From Nanobdellota archaeon (GTDB lineage: Archaea; Nanobdellota; Nanobdellia; Parvarchaeales; Parvarchaeaceae), in NCBI GenBank assembly GCA_021797085.1, contig JAKAAG010000001.1, positions 6,814-70,813 on the forward strand: 64,000 bases of DNA. The letters run 5' to 3'. Below the pieces are notes generated by a model. That model was given only the letters and a program-made list of their open reading frames with translations, was not told where the DNA came from and made no database searches. Positions 39,821-49,274 of this stretch are shown here, piece after piece (positions within the stretch are counted from its first letter, which is position 1; each line of letters begins with the position of its first letter). The position numbers were made by a program, and so were the translations under genes.

Positions 39821-39851
39821 AGGATAAAAACGAAAACAATCTTGTATTAGA

Positions 39852-42200
39852 ATGGCCGAAGACAGTAAGATATTTGAAGAAAATAAGAATTGGAGTAGAA
39901 AACTAGAGAAAGAGATAGAGGGAAAAGTAAATTCGCTTAAATGGAATTTTTCTCCGTCTTCTGGAAAAAATATCTTTTCGATTGATACTCCTCCCCCTTA
40001 TACATCTGGAAGACCCTGGCATCTTGGTGCAGCAGCCCAGTACTCAAAGATAGACGCAATTGCAAGATCGCAGAGAATGCTTGGAAAGGAAGTTCTGTTT
40101 CCTATTGGAATGGACAGAAATGGAATACCGGTAGAAAGGTACGCTGAAAAGAAATATGACATAAGGATGAGGGACACTCCTAGGGAAAAGTTCATAGACC
40201 TGTGCAGGGAATCACTTGATGAGCTGGAAAAAGAAATGTTTGATATTTTAAGGTCATTCGCATATTCAGCAGATTTTGACCAGGTTTACAGAACCGACTC
40301 CGTTGAATACAGAAAACTTACACAAAGCACTTTCATAGAGATGTGGAAAAAGGGGAGAATAATAAGAGGCACACGGCCAAGCAATTACTGCATAGACTGC
40401 GGCACGACAATAGCCGATGCAGAGATAGAGTACAAGGAAATGGACACTAGCTTAGTTTATTTTTATTTCAAGATAAAAGATTCGAATAAGAAAATACTCG
40501 TTGCAAGCACACGCCCTGAGCTTTTGGGAGCATGCTCTGCAATACTTGTAAACCCTGAAGATGAAAGATTTAAGGACTTTGTTAATAAAACGGCCATTAC
40601 GCCGATATACAACAGGGAAGTAAAGATAATAGCACATAGCTATGCAAAAGCCGAATTCGGCAGCGGAGCGGTTATGATATGCAGCTATGGGGATTACAAT
40701 GACGTAATGATAATAAAGGAACTGCAGCTCCCTGAAAACATCATAATAGACACAAATGGAAGGATGAATGAGAACGCAGGAGATAAACTTAAAGGAATGA
40801 AAGTAAAGGAAGCAAGGAAAGAAATAATCTCTATGCTTCAAGAAGCAGGCTGTGTAGAAAAGATAGAGGATATACAGCATAGAACACCAATGTGTGAAAG
40901 AAGTAAAACGCCCATAGAGATAATCCCTCTTGACGAATACTACCTTAAAGTCACTGATATAAAAGACAAATTGGAAGAGCTTGCCAATGAACTTACGATG
41001 ATCCCAGAACAGCACAAGCAAATACTTATAAACTGGCTTAAGGTCTCTACGGACTGGCCCATTTCCAGAAGGAGATATTACGGGACGGAAATACCGTTAT
41101 GGTACTGCAAAAAATGCAATGAACCCTATGTACCTGAAGAAGGCAAGTATTACCAACCATGGAAGGAGAACCCTCCAGAAGGAGCAGTATGCTCAAAATG
41201 CGGCGGAAAAGAATTCGTAGGAGATGACAGAACTTTTGACACTTGGATGGATTCAAGCGTTTCTGCTTTGTATGTTACAAAATACCTCTCAGACAAAAAT
41301 TTCTATGAAAAAACATACCCGCTTAGCTTGAGGACGCAGGGAATAGATATAATAAGAACTTGGCTTAATTACAGCATACTGCGCTGTTATCTTTTAACAG
41401 ATAAGCTGCCATGGGAAAAGGCCTGGATAGATGGTATGGGCTTAGATGAGCATGGAGAAAAAATGTCAAAATCAAAGGGCAATGGGATAGACCCCACAAT
41501 TGTAATAGAAAAATATGGGGCTGACGCATTCAGATTCTGGGCTGCTTCGGAAGCTCTGCCGGGAAGCAATTTCCTTTTCTCTGAGAGCCGACTACAGGGA
41601 AGCGCTAAATTCTTGACAAAACTGTGGAATGTTGCAAGGCTTATAAACAAATTTGGAAATTCATATGATATCAATGAAATACAACTTAATGAAAGCGATA
41701 AGTGGATAATTGCTTATATGGAAAAATTGACAGAAGAATGTAGAAAAGGCTATGAAGAATTGAACCCGTTTATTCCTGCAAATAGAGTAAGGGAATTCAT
41801 GTGGAATGTATTTGCACCCCATTATATAGAATTGGTAAAGGCAAGAGCGTACGGCGAAAGCTTTTCCGAAAATGAGAAGAAATCTGCAATTTATGCTCTT
41901 AATTACGTTTTTAGAAGAATACTTCTATTGATGTCACCCATAACTCCTTTCATAACACAAACTTTGTGGAGTACGCTTTACAAAGAAGAATCCATACATT
42001 ACCAAATGATACCGGAAGCAAAAGGGTATGATGACAAACTTCTACTTCTTGGGGATAGAATAATGGAATTCAATAGCAAAGTATGGAACGCCAAAAAGGA
42101 GCAAAAGCTTTCTTTGAGAGATGCAATAAAAATCGAAATACCGCGAGATCTAGAGCCGTTTGAAAAGGATTTAAAGAGCATGCACAACATAATAAATTGA
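39852..42200 (+). CDS. valS: valyl-tRNA synthetase (class I) with degenerate HIGH-region histidines
   Basis: IDTPPPYTSG start, DWPISRRRYYGTEIPLW, DTWMDSS, KMSKS (GEKMSKSKGN). HIGH position reads WHLGAAA; the GxDxHG position reads GMDRNG. Confidence 0.75.
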   Translation: MAEDSKIFEENKNWSRKLEKEIEGKVNSLKWNFSPSSGKNIFSIDTPPPYTSGRPWHLGAAAQYSKIDAIARSQRMLGKEVLFPIGMDRNGIPVERYAEKKYDIRMRDTPREKFIDLCRESLDELEKEMFDILRSFAYSADFDQVYRTDSVEYRKLTQSTFIEMWKKGRIIRGTRPSNYCIDCGTTIADAEIEYKEMDTSLVYFYFKIKDSNKKILVASTRPELLGACSAILVNPEDERFKDFVNKTAITPIYNREVKIIAHSYAKAEFGSGAVMICSYGDYNDVMIIKELQLPENIIIDTNGRMNENAGDKLKGMKVKEARKEIISMLQEAGCVEKIEDIQHRTPMCERSKTPIEIIPLDEYYLKVTDIKDKLEELANELTMIPEQHKQILINWLKVSTDWPISRRRYYGTEIPLWYCKKCNEPYVPEEGKYYQPWKENPPEGAVCSKCGGKEFVGDDRTFDTWMDSSVSALYVTKYLSDKNFYEKTYPLSLRTQGIDIIRTWLNYSILRCYLLTDKLPWEKAWIDGMGLDEHGEKMSKSKGNGIDPTIVIEKYGADAFRFWAASEALPGSNFLFSESRLQGSAKFLTKLWNVARLINKFGNSYDINEIQLNESDKWIIAYMEKLTEECRKGYEELNPFIPANRVREFMWNVFAPHYIELVKARAYGESFSENEKKSAIYALNYVFRRILLLMSPITPFITQTLWSTLYKEESIHYQMIPEAKGYDDKLLLLGDRIMEFNSKVWNAKKEQKLSLRDAIKIEIPRDLEPFEKDLKSMHNIIN

Positions 42201-42404
42201 ATGGAAATAAAGTTAAATAACATAAATTTTGGAGAAAAACTCGTAAAAATCGACAATGACTCTGTAACAGAGCTCCTTGAAAAACTTTCACTTAATGATG
42301 ATTCGGTAATACTCATAGGAAAAGACGGAAAAATATACACAAAAGACCAAAGAATAAAAGAAGGGGATGAAATAAACGTAGTAGAGGTCTTTTCAGGAGG
42401 GTAA
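42201..42404 (+). CDS. ThiS/MoaD-like small sulfur-carrier / ubiquitin-like protein ending in GG (TtuB/SAMP-like)
   Basis: 67 aa, C-terminal ...VEVFSGG*. Stop overlaps the start of the downstream TtuA gene. Confidence 0.6.
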   Translation: MEIKLNNINFGEKLVKIDNDSVTELLEKLSLNDDSVILIGKDGKIYTKDQRIKEGDEINVVEVFSGG

Positions 42405-43315
42405 TGGAATGCGAAATCTGCGGCTCAGAAGCAGTCATATCAACTAACAATGGCACGCTTTGCGCTGACCACTTCAAGCAAAGATTTGAGGAGATAGCCC
42501 TTTCCACAATCAAAAAATACAAGCTTATTGAAAAGGGAGAAAAAATAGCTGTAGCAAATTCTGGTGGAAAAGATTCATTATCTCTTCTCTACATTCTTTC
42601 AAAATACTTCAAAAAATCGAACGAAATCGTTTCAATAACCATAGATGAAGGGATAAAGGGCTACAGAGACAAAACAATAGAAATAATGAAGGATTACTGC
42701 AATAGATACGGGGTAGAGTATAAGGTATACTCTTATAAAGATTTTACTGGCAGAACCATGGATTCAATAACAAAAACAAGGGCAGGCATACCCTGTTCTG
42801 CATGCGGTGTGCTTAGAAGATACCTTATAAACTACGCTGCCTCGGAGGTTCATGCAGACAAAGTTGCAACAGCCCACAACATGGACGATGAAGCAGAGAA
42901 TGTAATAATGAACCTTGTACAGAATGATATTGAGAAGATGGTAAGGCTTGGTGCTTACTCTGGGGTTATAAAGGAAGAGGGGTTTGTTCCCAGAATAAAA
43001 CCTTTCCTTTTTCTGAGTGAGAAAGAAACGATGCTTTTTTCCATGTTAAATGGAATAAATGCCCTGCATACTCCCTGCCCATATGCAGGAATGGGCTTTA
43101 GGGGGCTAATTTCCAGAAAAATAAAGGAGGTAGAAAGTGAATTCATGGGGTCAAAAAGAAATGTAATTGATGCAATGTTGGAGATAAAGAAAGCATATAA
43201 CACAAAAACTGGCATAAAGATGAATAAGTGCAAGTACTGTGGTTTTCCCTCTGCAAACGACATTTGCGAGGCATGTAAGTTAAAGAAAGAGCTTGTAAAA
43301 AGCCCTACAATTTAA
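42404..43315 (+). CDS. ttuA: TtuA/Ncs6-family tRNA 2-thiolation ATPase
   Basis: N-terminal CxxC...C Zn finger, PP-loop SGGKDS, central CSACG and C-terminal CKYCG...CEAC. Confidence 0.7.
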   Translation: MECEICGSEAVISTNNGTLCADHFKQRFEEIALSTIKKYKLIEKGEKIAVANSGGKDSLSLLYILSKYFKKSNEIVSITIDEGIKGYRDKTIEIMKDYCNRYGVEYKVYSYKDFTGRTMDSITKTRAGIPCSACGVLRRYLINYAASEVHADKVATAHNMDDEAENVIMNLVQNDIEKMVRLGAYSGVIKEEGFVPRIKPFLFLSEKETMLFSMLNGINALHTPCPYAGMGFRGLISRKIKEVESEFMGSKRNVIDAMLEIKKAYNTKTGIKMNKCKYCGFPSANDICEACKLKKELVKSPTI

Positions 43316-43349
43316 AAGTTTAAATATAAAAAAGAGCAGTAAGCTTTAT

Positions 43350-44639
43350 ATGGAAAGCGATGATAGTCAAAACACGACAAAAGACTATGAGTCTTATCTT
43401 ACAGGAATTGACAAGTTCAATAGTTCTATAAGTACCTTGATTTCTGATTTATACAAAAAGATAGACATGCTAAACCAGCAGAATATAGCACTGGACAACA
43501 AAATAAACAGAATTGACAATACAACCGAGCTTGAAGGCAGGATCTCTAAGATAAACTCCGATATATCTTCTCTTTCAAATGCTGTAAACAGCGCGATATC
43601 TGCATTTAATTCTTCGATAGAAAAAATGAATGATGCTTACAACGACTCAGCGGCAAAAATAAACAAATTAAACGAATCCTTTAATTTTATTCACTCTAAC
43701 ATGGAGGAACTTTCCGATAACGTAAATAAGGCAATAGAAAACTTTAACGGTGTGGCAAAGGCCATAAACCTGAAAGACAAAGATTATAGTGACAACATTA
43801 AGAGGATAGAGGAAGGCATAATGGCTATTTCACGCCAATATGAAGTAGCAATGACAAACATGAAGGAAACTGCTTCAAACCTGTCAGCAGTAGACAATGA
43901 ACTGCAGGAAAAACTGGATAAACTGAATGAAACGGTATATTCATCATTGCCAAGCATAAATTCATTTTCAGATGATATAAACGAGCTCAAAAAATATAAG
44001 GTAGAATCAGAAAGCAAATTTGACAAAGTGATTAACACGGTAAATTCACTAACCGTAGAAATAAACGGTCTTAATCTAAAGATGGAGACAGTAAGCAGTG
44101 AATTCGAGAATATACAAAAGGGGATAAACGACACGCAAAATCATATTAATGACTTCATGAACAGTGCAAGGTCGACTTTGTCCACAATAACCTCTTATAA
44201 CCCTGCAGAACTTGTTATAGAGCTTAGAAAAACGCAGGATAAAACTGAGGTTATGTCCGGAGAAATTGAAAAGATAGTAGACACAAACAACAATCTTTCG
44301 AAATCGATTACTGAGCTTTCAAACAGGGTGAATTCACTTTCAGTAGTAAAGAATGCATCAAAGCTTTTCGAAAACGTGGAAAACGTATATAAAAACGTAG
44401 AAGACAGTGAAAATAGAGTCAATTCCCAGACTTCTAAGATAGAAGTGATGTTCAATCAGATAAATTCAAACATGAACAAGTTCATGGACTTAAGCACTAA
44501 GATAAATGATTTAAATAAAAGACTGTCAGAGATAGAAGGTACGGTTAACAAGATAAATAGCGGCCTTTCACTATTTGCAACAAAGGACGATGTGGTCGAA
44601 TTGCAAAACAAGCTATACTCACAAGACACAAAGAAATAA
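43350..44639 (+). CDS. Asn/Ser-rich coiled-coil repeat protein
   Basis: 429 aa of heptad-like repeats (NxxNxxIxxL...). No signal peptide or TM segment. Confidence 0.4.
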   Translation: MESDDSQNTTKDYESYLTGIDKFNSSISTLISDLYKKIDMLNQQNIALDNKINRIDNTTELEGRISKINSDISSLSNAVNSAISAFNSSIEKMNDAYNDSAAKINKLNESFNFIHSNMEELSDNVNKAIENFNGVAKAINLKDKDYSDNIKRIEEGIMAISRQYEVAMTNMKETASNLSAVDNELQEKLDKLNETVYSSLPSINSFSDDINELKKYKVESESKFDKVINTVNSLTVEINGLNLKMETVSSEFENIQKGINDTQNHINDFMNSARSTLSTITSYNPAELVIELRKTQDKTEVMSGEIEKIVDTNNNLSKSITELSNRVNSLSVVKNASKLFENVENVYKNVEDSENRVNSQTSKIEVMFNQINSNMNKFMDLSTKINDLNKRLSEIEGTVNKINSGLSLFATKDDVVELQNKLYSQDTKK

Positions 44640-44645
44640 AGATTC

Positions 44646-45113
44646 ATGGACAATAAAGGAAATAAAAAAATAAGAGAAAGACTGTTCAGAGACCGCCCAT
44701 TAAGCGGCATATCATTAAACGAATTTGAAAGGCCAACAAATGATTACAATACTAACCTTAGAAGATTCTGCATCTCATTGGGGCTTATAAGCCCTGGAGA
44801 AAGCCGGATAGCGATAGTATATCTGCTTGACATACTGCTCAAGGCAAGGAAAAGAAGGCCAGAAGGTTTGGATAGCTATGAGATAATTAAGGAACTTTAC
44901 AAGAGAAAAGTAAAGATAGTTTATGCAAACATACTTAGAGATTTAAGAAAGCTTATAGCTGTAGGATTGGTTGAAAAAAGGAACAGTCTTTATAGAATAA
45001 AGGAAAACATGAAACTCAATGAAATAATATCAAGTTTTATAAAGCCGTATATAATAGATAGAATGCTTAGCAAAATAGAAGAATACGCCAAATCGATAGA
45101 CAAAGCAGATTAG
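44646..45113 (+). CDS. hypothetical wHTH-like protein
   Basis: 155 aa. LVEKRNSLYRIKE suggests a winged-helix wing. Confidence 0.3.
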   Translation: MDNKGNKKIRERLFRDRPLSGISLNEFERPTNDYNTNLRRFCISLGLISPGESRIAIVYLLDILLKARKRRPEGLDSYEIIKELYKRKVKIVYANILRDLRKLIAVGLVEKRNSLYRIKENMKLNEIISSFIKPYIIDRMLSKIEEYAKSIDKAD

Positions 45114-45386
45114 TTAGTCTATTTCTGACAAAAGCTTGAATATTTTCTTGCCTTTCTGCGTAAGATTTATTATTTTCTTATGATTGCTTCCGTCAAAATA
45201 TACTAGATCCATCTTTTTCATTATCTTTATCAATCTTACTATGTAAGCATAGCTGCAGTCTATTTTCTTTGATATCATTGTAGCATAGACTGGCTGCCGG
45301 CTTTCATTTATAGCCTTCAGCAGAAGAAAGGGCTTGTCATGAAGAAACAACTTGGCCACACTCTTCTTCGAATCATCTGAACCCAT
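45114..45386 (-). CDS. small winged-helix transcriptional regulator
   Basis: 90 aa. SYAYIVRLIKIMKKMDLVYF recognition-helix/wing pattern. Confidence 0.4.
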   Translation of the reverse strand: MGSDDSKKSVAKLFLHDKPFLLLKAINESRQPVYATMISKKIDCSYAYIVRLIKIMKKMDLVYFDGSNHKKIINLTQKGKKIFKLLSEID

Positions 45387-45410
45387 AACTACAAAACGAT
45401 TAGCAAGTAT

Positions 45411-45989
45411 TTATAATTTTTTATAGGTTATAATCTTCAATCCTTTTGCAAAATCAATGCTTTCTTCTAAATTGTATACAAATTCAGTTGAATACTCTAT
45501 TTCAGTTATCTCCTTCATAATTTTTCTTATGTTTTCTCTGTAACTTACTTTACTGCTGTTTACCTTTAATAACAAATTGTTTGAGTTATCCAAGTTTATT
45601 TTGTATATATTAGCTATATCGTCTAGGGTACCGTCTAAAACCTCCAAAAGACCTTCTTTAATGTACGGCCTTACAAGATACTGTCTTATTTCATTTTGCA
45701 TTTTATTACCAAATGAAAGCTTGTCGCATTCAAAGATGTATTGTTTTAATGTTTCTGCTATGCCTTGTAGAGAATTCTCAAGGCCATATTTCCTGCTGTT
45801 TAATTCTGTCTTTTCCAGACTTTTGTAATTAAAATCAGGTCCATCTACAACTGCATGCATATAAGCAAGGCCCTCCTTTCTGCTTTCTAAAAGAAGCTTG
45901 AGAAGCTCAGATGCTTCCCACCTCACTTCTGTTTTCTCATCGAGTTTTTCCATATCTGAATATTCAGAAGTGGTATAATATAAAAACAT
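45411..45989 (-). CDS. hypothetical protein
   Basis: 192 aa, no motif recognised. Confidence 0.3.
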   Translation of the reverse strand: MFLYYTTSEYSDMEKLDEKTEVRWEASELLKLLLESRKEGLAYMHAVVDGPDFNYKSLEKTELNSRKYGLENSLQGIAETLKQYIFECDKLSFGNKMQNEIRQYLVRPYIKEGLLEVLDGTLDDIANIYKINLDNSNNLLLKVNSSKVSYRENIRKIMKEITEIEYSTEFVYNLEESIDFAKGLKIITYKKL

Positions 45990-46014
45990 TAAGTTTTATT
46001 TGCAGAGCGGTAAA

Positions 46015-46107
46015 AGGGCCCAAGGGGATTTGAACCCCTGTCAGATGGTTACTTCCAACTGAAGGCATTCGAAGCCATCAGTCCTATCCGGACTAGACTA
46101 TGGGCCC
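46015..46107 (-). tRNA. tRNA-Arg (anticodon TCG) with ~19-nt intron
   Basis: rc reads GGGCCCA-TA-GTC..GAC-T-GATGG-CTTCGA[intron TGCCTTCAGTTGGAAGTA]A-CCATC-TGACA-GGGGTTCAAATCCCC-TGGGCCC. Confidence 0.65.
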
Positions 46108-46437
46108 ACGATATCTTAAGAAGTGCAGGATATTTATCTTTTGACGGATTTTAAAATAAAGTAGGGATTACAGCTAATACCATTAGCAACACAAGGCTTG
46201 CCGTCAGAAGCAACCAATGCCTATTATAAACACTACTTGATGAAGTATAGTAAAACAAGCCGGCCAAAATAATTAAATATGTCAGCCCTAATACAAACTG
46301 GCCTGCTACCCCTAAAGAAAAAGTAAAACCTGCATATACTGCAATAGGTATAGCTACTATAAAAAATACAAATAAACGTATACTAGTGTTGTTTTCATTT
46401 ATTAAAATGAAGTACGCTTATATTTATAATCATAAAT

Positions 46438-47049
46438 TTATATTTCGATTATCTTTCCCTTTGGTCCGGCGTTTATTATGTTTGTTTTACCTAGCTTGTC
46501 TTCAAGCCCAAAAGTTTCATGCACATGTCCGCATATGCAGGCATCTGGCTTTGTTTTTTCTATCATGTCTCTTACTGCAGTGCTTCCTATTTTCATGTTA
46601 TTCCCTATCTTGTCAAGTTTAGTATTGTAAGGCGGAACATGCACTACCATTATCTTCTTCTTTGAGTTTTTTATGTAGTTGTAGGAGGACTGTATCTTTT
46701 TGTAAAGCTCATCCTCTGAAAGCTCATTTGGACCGATGTTAGCCAATCCGCACCCGAAGAAACCAACATCTCCAATTTTAAATGAGTAGTTATGTAAATC
46801 ATAGATTGTATCTGGATAGCGTTTCTTAAGCATGAAAATGTCGGCTTCGCTGTCATGATTGCCAGGAATCAAAGCAACCTTCTTATCCGCATCCTTAAAC
46901 GGCTTAAGCAAACCTTCAAGTCCATTTCCGAATATTGAAAGATCTCCCGCGAGTATTATCAAATCTGCTTTTTCCTTCTTTGCTTTCTTTGCAAGGGCCT
47001 CTGCAGCCTGTAAATCCCCGTGAATGTCTGAAGCAGCAAGTATTTTCAT
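46438..47049 (-). CDS. calcineurin-like metallophosphoesterase (YfcE/MJ0936 type)
   Basis: ILAASDIHGD, ILAGDLSIFG, PGNHD, MVVHVPP, ICGHVHE motifs. Confidence 0.7.
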   Translation of the reverse strand: MKILAASDIHGDLQAAEALAKKAKKEKADLIILAGDLSIFGNGLEGLLKPFKDADKKVALIPGNHDSEADIFMLKKRYPDTIYDLHNYSFKIGDVGFFGCGLANIGPNELSEDELYKKIQSSYNYIKNSKKKIMVVHVPPYNTKLDKIGNNMKIGSTAVRDMIEKTKPDACICGHVHETFGLEDKLGKTNIINAGPKGKIIEI

Positions 47050-47067
47050 AAGTTATCTACACACATA

Positions 47068-49203
47068 TTAAAGAAATACCTTTCTGTCAAGCAGGGTATT
47101 TTCATTTTTATGGAGATATGAGTAAACCTTCTGTGCAACGCCCCTCCCTAACAATGAGCTTAAGCGTTCTAATCCTGCTTCCTTTAATAATTTTAAAGAG
47201 GTTATTCCAGAAGAATAAAGCTTTCTTGCTCTTACTCTTCCTATCTCCGGCACGGATACCAATGGTATCAATTCCTTTTTTATGCCATTTTTTATCCTTA
47301 TGCTCATCTCATTTATTTCTCTTTTTCTTAACTGCATTACCTTGCTGATTTCACTTAATGAATAAACAAGCCATTTTGTGTTCTCAAGTATGTTGTAGAA
47401 CTCCCCTGGCAAAAGACCGTATTCCTCTTCCATATATTTTTCATTCTTCTCAGAAATCCAGTCCTGCATAACGTGTGCCATCTTTATTGCTGATATGAAT
47501 CTGTCATAGTCTACAATGTTCTCATCTGCTGATAAGTCAAGTTCATAGCTTTCTTCTTCGTATTTCTGGAATTCCTTTTGGTTTACACGTATGTTTCTGA
47601 ATTCCTCGCTGCAGAATATTACGTGCAATAAATCCAACTCTTCAATGTTTTCCTTCTTCCTTATCCTTTCAATGAATTTTATGAACAATGAACCGGTCAA
47701 TGGATCTATATAAAGTGAGTTTACAAGCTTGCCCATTCTGGTAACCTCAATTTTGTCGTTCTTGCCGGTTATAAAATCATTTTCTTCCAAAAATGAAATG
47801 GCATCGTCTATCTTGTCATATACATCTATTCCGCTGAAATGCATAAAGGTTTCATCAAAGAAATTTGAAACGCTGTCTTCTTTGTCGTATATTCCCAGGC
47901 AGAATAGATTCAAGGTATATTTCCTTATTGCTATCTCACTGTTGAATTTAGATGTTATCGGTTCTATCTCTCCGCTGAAGTACTTTTCTTCTATTATATC
48001 TAATTCGCCTTCATTTCTTGCAACGACTATTGCATTCCCTTCCTTATCGTATTTCGGTCTTCCTGCCCTGCCCATCATCTGCTCAACCTCTATTGTTGGA
48101 AGAAGTTCCATGCCATAATCCCCATATCTTCGTATTGAATTTATGATAACTGTATTAGCAGGAAGGTTTACACCCATAGCCAGTGTCGGAGTGGCTACTA
48201 TGAATTTTATCAGTCCATTTTTAAAGTTGTCCTCTATAAGCTTTCTCTGCTTATTTACTAGGCCGGCGTGATGGAATGCGACACCCTGCTTTACAAGATC
48301 ACTGAGCAGTTCGCACTGCGTTGTAGGCCTTTCAAGCACGTTCAATACTTCTTTTGAAACAGAAAGAAGCCTTTTCTTGTCATATTCTGAAAGCTTGTTT
48401 CCTATTATTGATGCAATTGTCTTTGCATTTGCAACGACTGTTCTTTTATTCTGCGAAAACACTAGAGCCTGTTTATTGTTCTTAAAAAGCCATGAACTTA
48501 TATTTGAAAGCGGATCCTCGTAACCGCTGTTTAATTTTTCCACGCTTCCGTTTATAAGCTCTCCTTCAAAGTATTTTTTCTTTGAAAGTTTGACAGGCCT
48601 GAAATCGCTCTTTACAAGCTCAGCCTTCAGCCATTCTGCCATATCATCTGCATTACCTATAGTTGCACTTAAACCAATTATTTGTGCATTCGGAAATAGA
48701 AGCTTGTTTAATGTCACAAGAAACTCTAGAGTAGGACCTCTTCCAATGTCTGAAAGCAAATGCACCTCGTCGTAGACTATACAGCCAATATTTCCTATTT
48801 TATGCAGCGAGTTTCTTATTATGCTGTCGAACTTCTCTGTGGAAGCAAAGATTACATCGTACTTGTCTATGTTGTAATCCTTTTCGTTGTAGTCACCTAT
48901 TGAAAGTATTGCTTTTATATCACTGTTCTCCTTCACAAAATCCTCATATTTTTCGGAAATCAATGCCCTTAAAGGTGCAAGGTAAATTGCTTTTTTGCCT
49001 GACAAGAAGGAGTTTAATATTGCCATCTCTGCTATAAGCGTTTTACCTGAAGCAGTCGGCGCTGAAACTATCATGTTCTTTCCAGTAAAAAGCCCTTTTT
49101 TTACCGCATCTGACTGCGGCGGCATGAAATATTCTATTTTTTTCTCTAGTCTTTGATATACGCCATCTGGAATGTAACTCTTCAGCTCACTTAATTTATC
49201 CAT
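47068..49203 (-). CDS. Hel308/Ski2-like DNA/RNA helicase
   Basis: SAPTASGKT Walker A, DEVH box, SAT, winged-helix/ratchet region and C-terminal HhH. 711 aa. Confidence 0.8.
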   Translation of the reverse strand: MDKLSELKSYIPDGVYQRLEKKIEYFMPPQSDAVKKGLFTGKNMIVSAPTASGKTLIAEMAILNSFLSGKKAIYLAPLRALISEKYEDFVKENSDIKAILSIGDYNEKDYNIDKYDVIFASTEKFDSIIRNSLHKIGNIGCIVYDEVHLLSDIGRGPTLEFLVTLNKLLFPNAQIIGLSATIGNADDMAEWLKAELVKSDFRPVKLSKKKYFEGELINGSVEKLNSGYEDPLSNISSWLFKNNKQALVFSQNKRTVVANAKTIASIIGNKLSEYDKKRLLSVSKEVLNVLERPTTQCELLSDLVKQGVAFHHAGLVNKQRKLIEDNFKNGLIKFIVATPTLAMGVNLPANTVIINSIRRYGDYGMELLPTIEVEQMMGRAGRPKYDKEGNAIVVARNEGELDIIEEKYFSGEIEPITSKFNSEIAIRKYTLNLFCLGIYDKEDSVSNFFDETFMHFSGIDVYDKIDDAISFLEENDFITGKNDKIEVTRMGKLVNSLYIDPLTGSLFIKFIERIRKKENIEELDLLHVIFCSEEFRNIRVNQKEFQKYEEESYELDLSADENIVDYDRFISAIKMAHVMQDWISEKNEKYMEEEYGLLPGEFYNILENTKWLVYSLSEISKVMQLRKREINEMSIRIKNGIKKELIPLVSVPEIGRVRARKLYSSGITSLKLLKEAGLERLSSLLGRGVAQKVYSYLHKNENTLLDRKVFL

Positions 49204-49274
49204 TAATTTTATTGTATTTAAAGAATAAAAAACATATTATTTTAAGTAATAATACACAAAATTACAGAAACAAC

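Noticed and set aside
46140-46420. Possible very hydrophobic small ORF on the minus strand between tRNA-Arg and the phosphoesterase gene
   Set aside because: No in-frame ATG/GTG start gives more than ~38 aa and there is no RBS. It is probably AT-rich intergenic sequence translating to hydrophobic residues by chance.
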